64,000 bases of DNA from Paracoccaceae bacterium (GCA_038921555.1 JBCKXH010000001.1:3741-67740), one strand, 5' to 3'; positions 18,281 to 28,467 are shown, counted from the first letter of the stretch. Numbers and translations are program-made. Notes: generated by a model from the sequence alone, not told the origin.

Positions 18281-19114
18281 ATGACGGGCAAGGTGTTGCT
18301 GATAATTCTGGACGGGGTGCCCTATGCCAACTGGCGCAGGCTGTTTGGCAATCTGGAGGGCTGGGTTGCCAGTGGTGAGGCGCGGGTGTGGAAGATGCGC
18401 TCGGTTTTGCCGTCAACCAGCGGGACCTGTTATGCCTCGATCCATACTGGCGTGGCACCGCAGGTCCATGGCATCTGGGGCAATGCCACCCGCAGGCGGC
18501 TGGAGTTTCCCGATGTGTTTTCGCAGGCGAGCGGGGCCGGGCTCAAGACCGGAGCGGTGACGCATTCCTGGTGGTCGGAATTCTTCAACCGCTATCCGTT
18601 CGATTACGTCCGTGACATCGAATATGACGAGCCGGAGGGGCCGATCAGCCATGGTCGGTTTCATACGATGACGGGGGACACCCCTAGTAACCAGATGACG
18701 CCGGCCGACACCGATCTGTTTGCCACGCTGACCCGGCTGTGTCTGGTCAAGGCCATCGACTATGGCATCCTGCACACCTGCACGCTGGACAGTCTGGGGC
18801 ATCGCTTTTTCCACGATTGCGAAGAGATGGACGATGCCTGCTACCGGATGGACGAGGCGCTGGCGAACTTTCTGCCGCAGTGGCGGGCAGCGGGCTATGA
18901 GGTGATCGTGACCGCTGACCATGGCCAGGACGCGCGCGGCCACCACGGCGGGGCGAGTGAGGCGCAGCGTGACTTCGCGCTGTATTACTTTGGCGCCGCT
19001 GATGGGCCGGGGCCGGATGTGGTGCTGGACCAGTTGGCGCTGGCCCCGACGATATTGACGCGGCTGGGGGTGGCTGTGCCGGGGACGATGAAGGCGGCGC
19101 CGTTTCTGGACTGA
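18281..19114 (+). CDS. Alkaline phosphatase superfamily protein (nucleotide pyrophosphatase/phosphodiesterase-like)
   Basis: LIILDG, LPSTS, HTG, DSLGH, VTADHG..HGG metal-binding motifs. Confidence 0.85.
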   Translation: MTGKVLLIILDGVPYANWRRLFGNLEGWVASGEARVWKMRSVLPSTSGTCYASIHTGVAPQVHGIWGNATRRRLEFPDVFSQASGAGLKTGAVTHSWWSEFFNRYPFDYVRDIEYDEPEGPISHGRFHTMTGDTPSNQMTPADTDLFATLTRLCLVKAIDYGILHTCTLDSLGHRFFHDCEEMDDACYRMDEALANFLPQWRAAGYEVIVTADHGQDARGHHGGASEAQRDFALYYFGAADGPGPDVVLDQLALAPTILTRLGVAVPGTMKAAPFLD

Positions 19115-19131
19115 TCCGCCGCGCCGGACAG

Positions 19132-19914
19132 TCAGCCCGGCTTCACCGCACGGATATGGCCGGGGCTCATGGCGCAGGCGTCGAGGGCACGCACCAGGAC
19201 CTCCCAGAAAGAGGCCTCGTCGGCCAAAGCCTCCGGGCCGAAGTCGGCCGCAAAGCGTTCACCCATCGCCCCCCTGAGCCGCGCCAGTTCACCGCGCGCC
19301 TCACCCAAATACCAAATTCCGCGATCCTCGGTCTGAATGGCGGCGAAACCAGCCACCATCGCACATTCAGTGATCTGGTGGAGGGTGACCATGTGAAAGT
19401 CATGGCCGGCGGCGGCGACGAATTCGTCAACCAGCGCCTGAACGCCCTCTCCGGGGCCTGCAAGCCAGTCGCTGATCAGCAGCAGGCCCCCCGGCCGCAG
19501 AACCCGGAAGGCTTCGCGGTAGATGGCGGCCTTGTCAGCCACATGCAAAAGCGCGTCCTTGCTGAAAACCGCGTCATAGCTGGCATCAGCAAAGGGCAGC
19601 GGGCCGGGCGTGATCAGGTGATAGTGAATGCGGTCCGACAGACCCAGGCGGGCGACGTATTGAGTGGCACGATCAATCAGCTCGGGCTGAACATCGACCC
19701 CGGTGACTGAGGTCGCGCCGTGGTTCACCACCAGCGCCACATCGGCCCCGCCAAGACCGCAGCCGATGTCGAGCACAACCCGCCCGTGCAGGGTCCAGCC
19801 GCCAAGGATGCGCGCCACTTCGTCCGGCCCGCCGGGCGACATGAAGCCTTCCCCCCAGATCAGCTCCAACTTTTCCGTAGCCTTGTAGCCGGGTTCCTTA
19901 ACTGCCTGACCCAT
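19132..19914 (-). CDS. Class I SAM-dependent methyltransferase (phosphoethanolamine / sarcosine-dimethylglycine N-methyltransferase-like)
   Basis: LELIWGEGFMSPGG, VLDIGCGLGG, YDAVFSKDALLH, LRPGG. Confidence 0.85.
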   Translation of the reverse strand: MGQAVKEPGYKATEKLELIWGEGFMSPGGPDEVARILGGWTLHGRVVLDIGCGLGGADVALVVNHGATSVTGVDVQPELIDRATQYVARLGLSDRIHYHLITPGPLPFADASYDAVFSKDALLHVADKAAIYREAFRVLRPGGLLLISDWLAGPGEGVQALVDEFVAAAGHDFHMVTLHQITECAMVAGFAAIQTEDRGIWYLGEARGELARLRGAMGERFAADFGPEALADEASFWEVLVRALDACAMSPGHIRAVKPG

Positions 19915-20003
19915 GATGCCTCCTTTTGGATAGTCGTGACGGCGAAAGACCAGCTGCGGCCAATTGACAGACAGGCTTGCACGGGAGCCGCCGGAATCGG
20001 GCC

Positions 20004-20750
20004 TCAGGAGGCATAAGTCGCACCTTCCTCATCCAGCAGCGCCTTGATCTCGGCCAGATGAAAGTCGGCGAAGCCGGGATAGACCTCCCATTCCCGGGCG
20101 GTCTTTTCGGCCACGGCGTCGGACAGGACGCGCAAGGGGCGGCCGGTTTGCAGGGCGCGGATATAGGTCTCAGCCGCGCGTTCGAAATAGGTCAGGCGGT
20201 TGAAGGCATCGGCGACGGTTTGACCGATGATCAGGACGCCGTGGTTGCCCATGATCATCGTGGTGATCTTGGGGTCACCCAGCATTTCGGCGCAGCGGGC
20301 ACCCTCATCGGCAAAGGCCATGCCTGCGTAGTACTCGTCCACCACCTGGCGGCCAAAGAACATGGCCGAGTTCTGGTCAATCGGCGGCAGGCGGCTGTCG
20401 GCAAGCGAGGCCAGCACGGTGGCGTGCATCGAATGGACATGCATCACGCAGCGGGCATGGGGCAGGGCGCGGTGGATAGCACCATGCAGGCCCCAGGCGG
20501 TGGGGTCGGGCGCGTCGGGGCGCTCCATGCTGCGCGGATCATTGGCGTCAATCTCGACCAGCGACGAGGCGGTGATGCGGGCAAAGTGGCGGCCATTGGG
20601 GTTGATCAGGAACCGTGTCCCCTCGGGGTTGATGGCCAGCGAGAAGTGATTGGCCACCGATTCGTGCAGGTTCAGTTTGACAGCCCAGCGGAAAGCGGCG
20701 GCCATGTCGGTCCGCTCGGCCCAATGGGTCAGGTTGGCATGGCTGTTCAT
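20004..20750 (-). CDS. Class II aldolase/adducin family protein
   Basis: VANHFS, HGAIH, CVMHVHS, MGNHGVL zinc motifs. Confidence 0.9.
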   Translation of the reverse strand: MNSHANLTHWAERTDMAAAFRWAVKLNLHESVANHFSLAINPEGTRFLINPNGRHFARITASSLVEIDANDPRSMERPDAPDPTAWGLHGAIHRALPHARCVMHVHSMHATVLASLADSRLPPIDQNSAMFFGRQVVDEYYAGMAFADEGARCAEMLGDPKITTMIMGNHGVLIIGQTVADAFNRLTYFERAAETYIRALQTGRPLRVLSDAVAEKTAREWEVYPGFADFHLAEIKALLDEEGATYAS

Positions 20751-21673
20751 GTGGTGTCTCCGTAAGGCCAGGCGCTCCGGGCAAGGGAGGTGATGGCATG
20801 AGTGATGCGGACAAAGCTGGCCCCGGCGCGCGGCACCGTCTGGCGGGCGCGCAGGTAGCCGTGGACAAGGCCGCGCTCCAGCACGAAATGGCCGCGACCA
20901 CCGGCGGCGCTGATGGCTGCGGCATAGGCGCTGGCGTCGTCGCACAGGGGGTCACATTCGGCACCGAAGGTGACGGTTGGCGGCAGGTTGGTGAAGTCGC
21001 TGTCCTGCAGGGGGGCGACGGTTGGGTCGCCGTCCGAGGGAGCGGCACCATGGCGGATGTCGCGGTAGAACAGCACGTCATCCCGCGTCAGCATCGGTGC
21101 CAGGGCATGGCGCAGATAACTGCCGGTGTTCAGATCGCCGCCCAGAGCGGGATAGATCAGCACCTGCCCCAGAACCTCAACCTCTTGCCGCAGGACATGG
21201 GCGGCGGCTGCGGCCAGATTGGCCCCGGCGCTGTCGCCCACCAGAAGGATCGGGCCCTGCGCCGCAAAATGGCGCGCCACCGCCAGCGTATCAAGCAAGG
21301 CAGCCGGATGCAGGTGTTCGGGCGACAGGCGGTAGTCCACCGACACGACCGTCAACCCGGTCGATGCCCGGATCTCGGCGCAGATGTCGTCGTGGCTTTC
21401 AAGGCCGCCCACCACAAAGCCACCGCCATGCAGATAGACGACGACCGGGACTTGACCCGCATAGACCCGACAGGGCACGCCCTCCACCGGCGCATCCCGG
21501 GCGGTAACTCCGGCCGGATAACCCCGAAAGAAGGTGCTACACATCCCGTCATAGATCGCCCGCTGCGCCGCGATGGTCCGCGTGGCGGTGTCGGGCGGAT
21601 AGGCGGCCGCGCTGTGGGCAATGAAATCCCAGGTCGGGCCGTCAATCAGTGCGGCATAGTCCGTCATGGTCAT
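20747..21673 (-). CDS. Alpha/beta hydrolase (HSL-family esterase)
   Basis: HGGGFV oxyanion motif, GDSAGANLA nucleophile, DPL and VHG catalytic residues. Confidence 0.92.
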   Translation of the reverse strand: MTMTDYAALIDGPTWDFIAHSAAAYPPDTATRTIAAQRAIYDGMCSTFFRGYPAGVTARDAPVEGVPCRVYAGQVPVVVYLHGGGFVVGGLESHDDICAEIRASTGLTVVSVDYRLSPEHLHPAALLDTLAVARHFAAQGPILLVGDSAGANLAAAAAHVLRQEVEVLGQVLIYPALGGDLNTGSYLRHALAPMLTRDDVLFYRDIRHGAAPSDGDPTVAPLQDSDFTNLPPTVTFGAECDPLCDDASAYAAAISAAGGRGHFVLERGLVHGYLRARQTVPRAGASFVRITHAITSLARSAWPYGDTT

Positions 21674-21827
21674 CACCCTGCTTGCAGATGTCTGGGCAAG
21701 TTGATCGCGATTTCGACGCAATAGGCAAGCGCTCGTCCGAAAGGGCGGCGAAAATGCCCAAATTCCCCCGCTGTTTCGCCAACAGTTTCAGATGAATCCA
21801 ATTCAGGGAACAATTTGAGGTGGGACA

Positions 21828-22256
21828 ATGCAAATCATCAGATCACGGGAGCAAGGGGACTCCGCCATGGTTGGCAGGGCAGTTCGCCTACTGCTGCTGA
21901 CATCCGAGGGCCAGACCGCGATGATGGGGCGGCGGCTGGCGGGGCTTGGCACCAGGGGCGATGTGGTTGAGCTGTTCGCGGCGCTGTCGGACCTGATCGA
22001 CGACCCGACCGGCACTGCGCTGTTCGTGGTTGTTTGCGACAGCGCCACTGTCGGCAGGCTTGAAGCAGTGCCGCGCGCGATGAGGATGCTGGCCGATGTG
22101 GCGCAGCGCGTGTCGGTCATTCTGGTGTCCAGCGAATGCCGCAAGCAGCGTTTCCCGCAAGATCGTTGCGCGCCGATCCTGCTGCGCGCGCCTTTGTCGG
22201 CGGTGGCGCTGAAAGTGGGCTTTGAACATGCCCTGTGCGAGCGGTTTCTGTATTAG
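21828..22256 (+). CDS. Hypothetical protein (degenerate receiver-like fold possible)
   Basis: 142-aa ORF with GAGG RBS; alpha/beta pattern; no definitive motif. Confidence 0.55.
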   Translation: MQIIRSREQGDSAMVGRAVRLLLLTSEGQTAMMGRRLAGLGTRGDVVELFAALSDLIDDPTGTALFVVVCDSATVGRLEAVPRAMRMLADVAQRVSVILVSSECRKQRFPQDRCAPILLRAPLSAVALKVGFEHALCERFLY

Positions 22257-22325
22257 CAGGCCTGAGGCGGGAAGAATAGCAAAGGGTGCGCCGGTGGGGC
22301 GCGCCCTTTGTCATGCTGCACAGGC

Positions 22326-22532
22326 TTACGCGAGGGCGAGGTTGGTCGCCGATTCGCGGCCATCACGGCCGGCTTCGATGTCGAAGGTGACCGGCTGGCC
22401 ATCCTTCAACGACCGCAGACCTGCGCGCTCCAGTGCAGTGATGTGAACGAACACGTCCTTCTTGCCGCCTTCCGGGGCGATGAAGCCGAAACCCTTGGTT
22501 TCATTAAACCATTTCACGGTGCCCTTGGCCAT
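22326..22532 (-). CDS. Cold-shock protein (CspA family)
   Basis: MAKGTVKWFNETKGFGFIAPEGGKKDVFVH; 68 aa; AGGAGA RBS and long upstream non-coding leader. Confidence 0.96.
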   Translation of the reverse strand: MAKGTVKWFNETKGFGFIAPEGGKKDVFVHITALERAGLRSLKDGQPVTFDIEAGRDGRESATNLALA

Positions 22533-22766
22533 CGTGAAGTCTCCTGTCTTGTTGCCGCCCGCGAGATTGCGGCGGCCCGGCTCGGTCAGCTTGGTATCGA
22601 ATGCTGTGGCCGTGGTAGCAGACAGGTCGATAGAGACAACGTCGCGAGCGAGAATATGATCGGTTCTGGGCAAAAATCAAGGGGAAGTGGGCAGCGAAAG
22701 GATTCGCAGGGGTTGCGGGAGCGGACGGGGTGGAACTTTGTGGTTGGGTGCGCAAGGCGGCGTAGG

Positions 22767-22799
22767 TTATCCGTCGTTTATCCGTCGTTTTTCTGTCGT
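22767..22799 (+). repeat. 11-bp tandem repeat TTATCCGTCGT x2 plus one degenerate copy
   Basis: Seen directly; preceded by GTAG at 22762. Confidence 0.8.
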
Positions 22800-22902
22800 T
22801 CTTTTGTAGCTACAGCAGGGCTTGGGGCGCCGCATTAACCTTTTCCTGCGGCGCAGGGGATCGGGAAAGGTTTGGTTAACCTTGCTGCGGCAGGGTGGCG
22901 GG

Positions 22903-23513
22903 ATGCCGGATTACATCCGCCCCAAGGTGACAGGCTCCACGGTGTTTTTCACGGTTGGATTGGCGGTGCGCGGTGGGGATTTGTTGGTGCGAGAGGTTGG
23001 GCGGTTACGGGAGGCAGTAGCCGTGACGCGGGCCGAACATTGGTTCGGGATCGAGGCCTGGGTGGTATTGCCGGACCATTTGCATTCGGTGTGGACGATG
23101 CCGGTGGGCGATGGCGATTATTCCGGGCGGTGGGGTGCGATCAAGGCGCGGTTTTCGATGGCCATGGGTAGGGCGGGGTTCACCCCGCCGCCGCCGATTG
23201 GATTTAGGAACGGCGGGGTGAACCCCGCCCTACGGAGGAAGGGAGAGGTTGGGTTGTGGCAGCCGAGGTTTTGGGATGAGGTGTTTAAAAGGGTCCGGGG
23301 GAATGTTTTCAACAGAGAACGCGCGGAGCGCACATTCGGGATCAGGCGGATTTTGACACGCATATGCGGTATTGTTGGGGGAACCCGGTGAAGCATGGGT
23401 TGGTGGAGCGGGCAGTGGATTGGCCGTATTCGTCGATCCACCGGGATATTGCGCGTGGGATGGTTGAGCCGGAATGGTCGGGGTTGATGCCAGACGGGCA
23501 GTTTGGCGAGTAG
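22903..23513 (+). pseudogene. REP-associated tyrosine transposase (RAYT/TnpA-REP, HUH Y1), frameshifted
   Basis: FFTV, WVVLPDHLH (HUH), WQPRFW in one frame; HIRDQADFDTHMRYCWGNPVKHGLV..DWPYSS in another frame from 23331 to TAG 23511-23513; extra ~50 nt at ~23278-23330. Confidence 0.9.
23168..23233. repeat. REP doublet (REPIN) inside the RAYT coding sequence
   Basis: GTAGGGCGGGGTTCACCCCGCCG (23168-23190) and its perfect reverse complement (23211-23233), 20-bp spacer, 66 bp total. Confidence 0.92.
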
Positions 23514-23652
23514 GGTGGGTGAAACCCACCGCGCGGGTAGGGAGGGGAGTGGTGGGTTGGCACCCACCCTACGCCGGGTTTTGAGCGGGGCGGCTCGATT
23601 GGGGCGGCGCGATTGATGGCTGGCGGGGATGGTGGGTTGGCACCCACCCTAC
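23510..23652. repeat. GTAG-family REP cluster downstream of RAYT
   Basis: GTAGGGTGGGTGAAACCCACC (23510-23530) and two identical inverted GGTGGGTTGGCACCCACCCTAC (23551-23572, 23631-23652). Confidence 0.92.
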
Positions 23653-24443
23653 GCTTGCTGCGCTTGCCACCGTTCCATCCCATCGATCATGGAAAGAATG
23701 CGGGCATGGTCAATGCTTTTATAGATGATTCCAGTAATTATCTCTTCGAGTAACCCGAAAGCTGCAAGCTTCTTCAGAACGAGATGCCCCGCGCCGGGCA
23801 TTTCAATGCGACTGACTTCCTTGACGCACTCTAATAGTTTGACGTGAACACCATCCGGGCCAATTGGGTCGAAAAATACAAAACAATCGCACCCGTTTCG
23901 GATAAGCATTTCGTCATCAATAAATCGAATCTTCGCGCGGTCGTCGGACCACCTCTTTTCCCAAGGTACTTTCGCGGGATCTACAGAAAACTGGGGGGAG
24001 AACGCAGCTACACTATCAAGTTGCAAAATCTCAGAAAATTTCAGAGAAGCGTAAGCGCCCATCGAAGAACCGTAACCTATCCGTCTTTCGCTTTGCCTGG
24101 TAGTTTCAAAGCCAATCGCTAGGCATTCCTGCATTTCTTCAGTCTGCCAACAGTGATTCCAATGGCTGATGAAATGAAGTGCCGGGATAGATCGGTCGTT
24201 CAAAAACTTCTCGTAAAAACCAAATAAACGCGCGCACGATGTGGGCCGAGGACGCAGTGGAGAGAATGTGATGCAGACTGGCCCGCCACTAGGAAGGCCG
24301 ACACTCATCAATGCCATGTCATTGCCGGAAAACAGTATTTCCCGTTTCACTGTACAAGACTCCAGAATGAGCGATTTGATGAGAATCTCATGATGCAGCC
24401 CAAACTTTAGTGCCGGATCCATGAATCTGCGCACGATAACCAA
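23649..24443 (-). CDS. AT-rich hypothetical protein with alpha/beta-hydrolase-like nucleophile elbow (start uncertain)
   Basis: GYGSSMGAYASL, AFSPQ, FFDP..D..H, GAGH motifs; visibly lower GC than flanks. Confidence 0.7.
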   Translation of the reverse strand: MVIVRRFMDPALKFGLHHEILIKSLILESCTVKREILFSGNDMALMSVGLPSGGPVCITFSPLRPRPTSCARLFGFYEKFLNDRSIPALHFISHWNHCWQTEEMQECLAIGFETTRQSERRIGYGSSMGAYASLKFSEILQLDSVAAFSPQFSVDPAKVPWEKRWSDDRAKIRFIDDEMLIRNGCDCFVFFDPIGPDGVHVKLLECVKEVSRIEMPGAGHLVLKKLAAFGLLEEIITGIIYKSIDHARILSMIDGMERWQAQQA

Positions 24444-24515
24444 TCTTTGAGGCTAGATTGGCGATTAGGAAGGGTTTGAAACGATCAAGACAGGGTGACA
24501 ATTGGATTTCCCCCC

Positions 24516-26171
<1,656 letters not shown>

Positions 26172-26773
26172 TTCGATCTCCGACGCTGGGGGCTGCGGGT
26201 CGTTTACGGGAAAGGCGGCGATTGGGCAACGGGCAATAGGGGCCAGGCAAAGCGGCGGGATGGGTGGGAGTTGGCAGCATGTCGCGGAACAAGATATTGT
26301 GTTTTATCCCATTATACCAATATGTTATGTGTTCTCAGTAACAAAGATTTGACTGTTTGACGGCTGGGCGCTTGGCCCGGTCCAAGCGAGGGCTGCGGCC
26401 AGAGACCCGACGGTCGCCCTGAGCCGGGTGGCGCGGGCGGGGTTGCCCGGCCCAGGAGATGCGGCCAGAGAGATCGGCGAGGAGGGCGGGGGTTGGATAG
26501 CGAGAAAGGTGGGTGGTGAGGTGGTGGAGGGCTGCAAGCGGGTGGTGAGGCAGGCGCGCAAGGCCTGACACTCTCGATCTGCTTGCACTCGGTCATCAAA
26601 CCGACCTCGCGGTCCAGCACGATCAGCCGACAGGTCTGTGCTGTCATATCTCAAAGGGGGTGGGTAATTACCATGAAAGTGCATCCTTGAACAGTGATCC
26701 GATAAAATGGCGCAATTGCGCGCGAATGTGCAAGTGTGATATTCAAGGCGTGGTGGCGCGGATGGAGAGTGCG

Positions 26774-27133
26774 ATGAACGAACAGGCGAAAAAATGGGCG
26801 ATGATGGCGGTCAGGGCTTTGCTGTCGCTGACCTTTGCCGCGGCGGGTATTGCCAAGCTGGCAGGGGTCGAGATGATGGTCCAGACTTTTGACGCCGTGG
26901 GCTTTGGCCAGTGGTTCCGCTATGTGACCGGCGCCATCGAGCTTGGCTCGGCCGTAGCACTGTGGCTTCCGGGCCTGACGGCCTATGCGGCGGGGCTCTT
27001 GGTTTGCACGATGATCGGGGCGCTGGTGGCCCATGCCACGGTGCTGGGCATGGACTCTGCGGTCGGGGCCATCGTGCTGGGGGCGCTGGCGGCGTTGGTC
27101 CTGTGGGTGAACCGGGGGCAGTTGCGGCGCTAA
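26774..27133 (+). CDS. DoxX family membrane protein
   Basis: AAGIAKLAG..F..GFGQWFRYVTGAIE..MIGALVAH pattern, 4 TM segments. Confidence 0.85.
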   Translation: MNEQAKKWAMMAVRALLSLTFAAAGIAKLAGVEMMVQTFDAVGFGQWFRYVTGAIELGSAVALWLPGLTAYAAGLLVCTMIGALVAHATVLGMDSAVGAIVLGALAALVLWVNRGQLRR

Positions 27134-27234
27134 GGCGGATCCGGTTCAACTTGAATCGGAAATCGCTGCCGCTCGTTTCTCTCGAACGTGTTTTTCCGAT
27201 ACTGCAATTTCCATCAGAACCTGATCCGCTCTCA
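27131..27234. repeat. ~104-bp element with terminal inverted repeats (family C; CIR/MITE-like)
   Basis: TAAGGCGGATCCGGTTC...GAACCTGATCCGCTCTCA; fills the gap between two convergent genes and includes both stop codons; contains GAATC. Confidence 0.75.
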
Positions 27235-28380
27235 TGCGTGCCGGTCAGCGGCATCGGGCCACAACTCGCGCCCGGTCATCGGTTCTGGCAGGCCCGCGAG
27301 GAAGGCGTGCACGCGCGCCCGTTCACTTTGGGAAAAATGCCGAACGGGGAGTGACCGCGCCGATGCGGTTCCCCCATGCGAATCGGTGTCATAGGCCTGC
27401 ATCACAGCGGCCATATCCACCATGCCAAGCCCGCAATGGCCGAAGATGCGCGCCAATGTGCCCGCGCGGTCCTGCACCAGCGCATCGTACCTCGTGGCTT
27501 GCATCGGCACGCCCTGCGCCAGCGCCTCGGCATAGAATCGCCGGTTCAGCACCCATGCGGCAGCCGCCATCGCGTCAAATGTCACCACCTCGGCGGTCAG
27601 ATCGACCAAGCCCCCCAACTGGGCAGGCGGGGTGTTGCCCGACATGATCCACCAGATGAAGTCTCGATCCGACGGTGCCATCACGATCGGCAGCCCGACC
27701 ATCCGTTGGGCAAAACCGTAGATCGAATTGCACCAGCTTTCCGCCTCGCGGTACAGAAACAGGCATAGCGCCTGCGGAGTGGCGCGATGACAATCGCCGC
27801 AGATCGTCATCGCCTGACTTAAATGCTTGATCACCTGCACCTGACCCGCGCCAAGGCCCGGCAGCAGCCGCATAAAGGCAAAGCCTGCCCGCAACAGCGC
27901 CACACGCTCGGGCGCGGGCACAGTCGCGCGCGCCATCGCCAGATCAAACACGAACATCGGCTCTGACAGGCACCAAGCCGCACCAGACCGGTTGAAGGCG
28001 TTGTGCAACAGCGTCGATCCGCAATGCCCGATGTTGAACAGATGCGCTTGCGGCCTGCCCGCCGGGATCTGCCTGGCCAGATCGATCAGCTCTGCAAAAG
28101 GCAGTCGCACCAATCGGCGCGCGCAATCATATTGTCGCTGATAGCTGAACGGAGCCAAAGACAGGTCCATATCGGGACCGATATCCAGAAACACCGCTTC
28201 GCTCCGCGCCATGTCAAAGCTGAACAGGGTCCAGCCCGCCTCGGTCAGCAGACTGGACCCTGCAAGTTCTGCCCCCGGACCCAGATCAAGCGCGCCCGCC
28301 ATCTCGATCACGCCCGTGAACACTTGCCCGGCTTGACGGCCGATCACGTCGAATGCTGTGGCCATGATCTGCCCCGCCAT
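27232..28380 (-). CDS. P-loop sulfotransferase-like hypothetical protein
   Basis: NIGHCGSTLL (resembles 5'-PSB motif RxGSTLL), SEP, VIK, FLYR...S (3'-PB-like), RYDALV. Confidence 0.65.
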   Translation of the reverse strand: MAGQIMATAFDVIGRQAGQVFTGVIEMAGALDLGPGAELAGSSLLTEAGWTLFSFDMARSEAVFLDIGPDMDLSLAPFSYQRQYDCARRLVRLPFAELIDLARQIPAGRPQAHLFNIGHCGSTLLHNAFNRSGAAWCLSEPMFVFDLAMARATVPAPERVALLRAGFAFMRLLPGLGAGQVQVIKHLSQAMTICGDCHRATPQALCLFLYREAESWCNSIYGFAQRMVGLPIVMAPSDRDFIWWIMSGNTPPAQLGGLVDLTAEVVTFDAMAAAAWVLNRRFYAEALAQGVPMQATRYDALVQDRAGTLARIFGHCGLGMVDMAAVMQAYDTDSHGGTASARSLPVRHFSQSERARVHAFLAGLPEPMTGRELWPDAADRHA

Positions 28381-28431
28381 GAACGATCAATAGGCTATCG
28401 TGCCACGCCAAACCGGGCAAGTCGATTGGTT

Positions 28432-28467
28432 TGAAGCGGATCAGGTTCAACCTGAATCGGAAATCGC
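28432..28467 (+). repeat. Partial second copy of family C element (left end)
   Basis: GCGGATCAGGTTCAACCTGAATCGGAAATCGC vs 27135-27166 GCGGATCCGGTTCAACTTGAATCGGAAATCGC (2 mismatches in 32). Confidence 0.8.

Noticed and set aside
23510-23652. Two identical 22-bp repeats as a mini-CRISPR
   Set aside because: They are GTAG/CTAC REP palindromes next to a RAYT, with an inverted partner
26200-26700. Short ORFs and AT-rich patch between ettA and doxX
   Set aside because: No recognisable motif or RBS-supported ORF; probably promoter region plus debris
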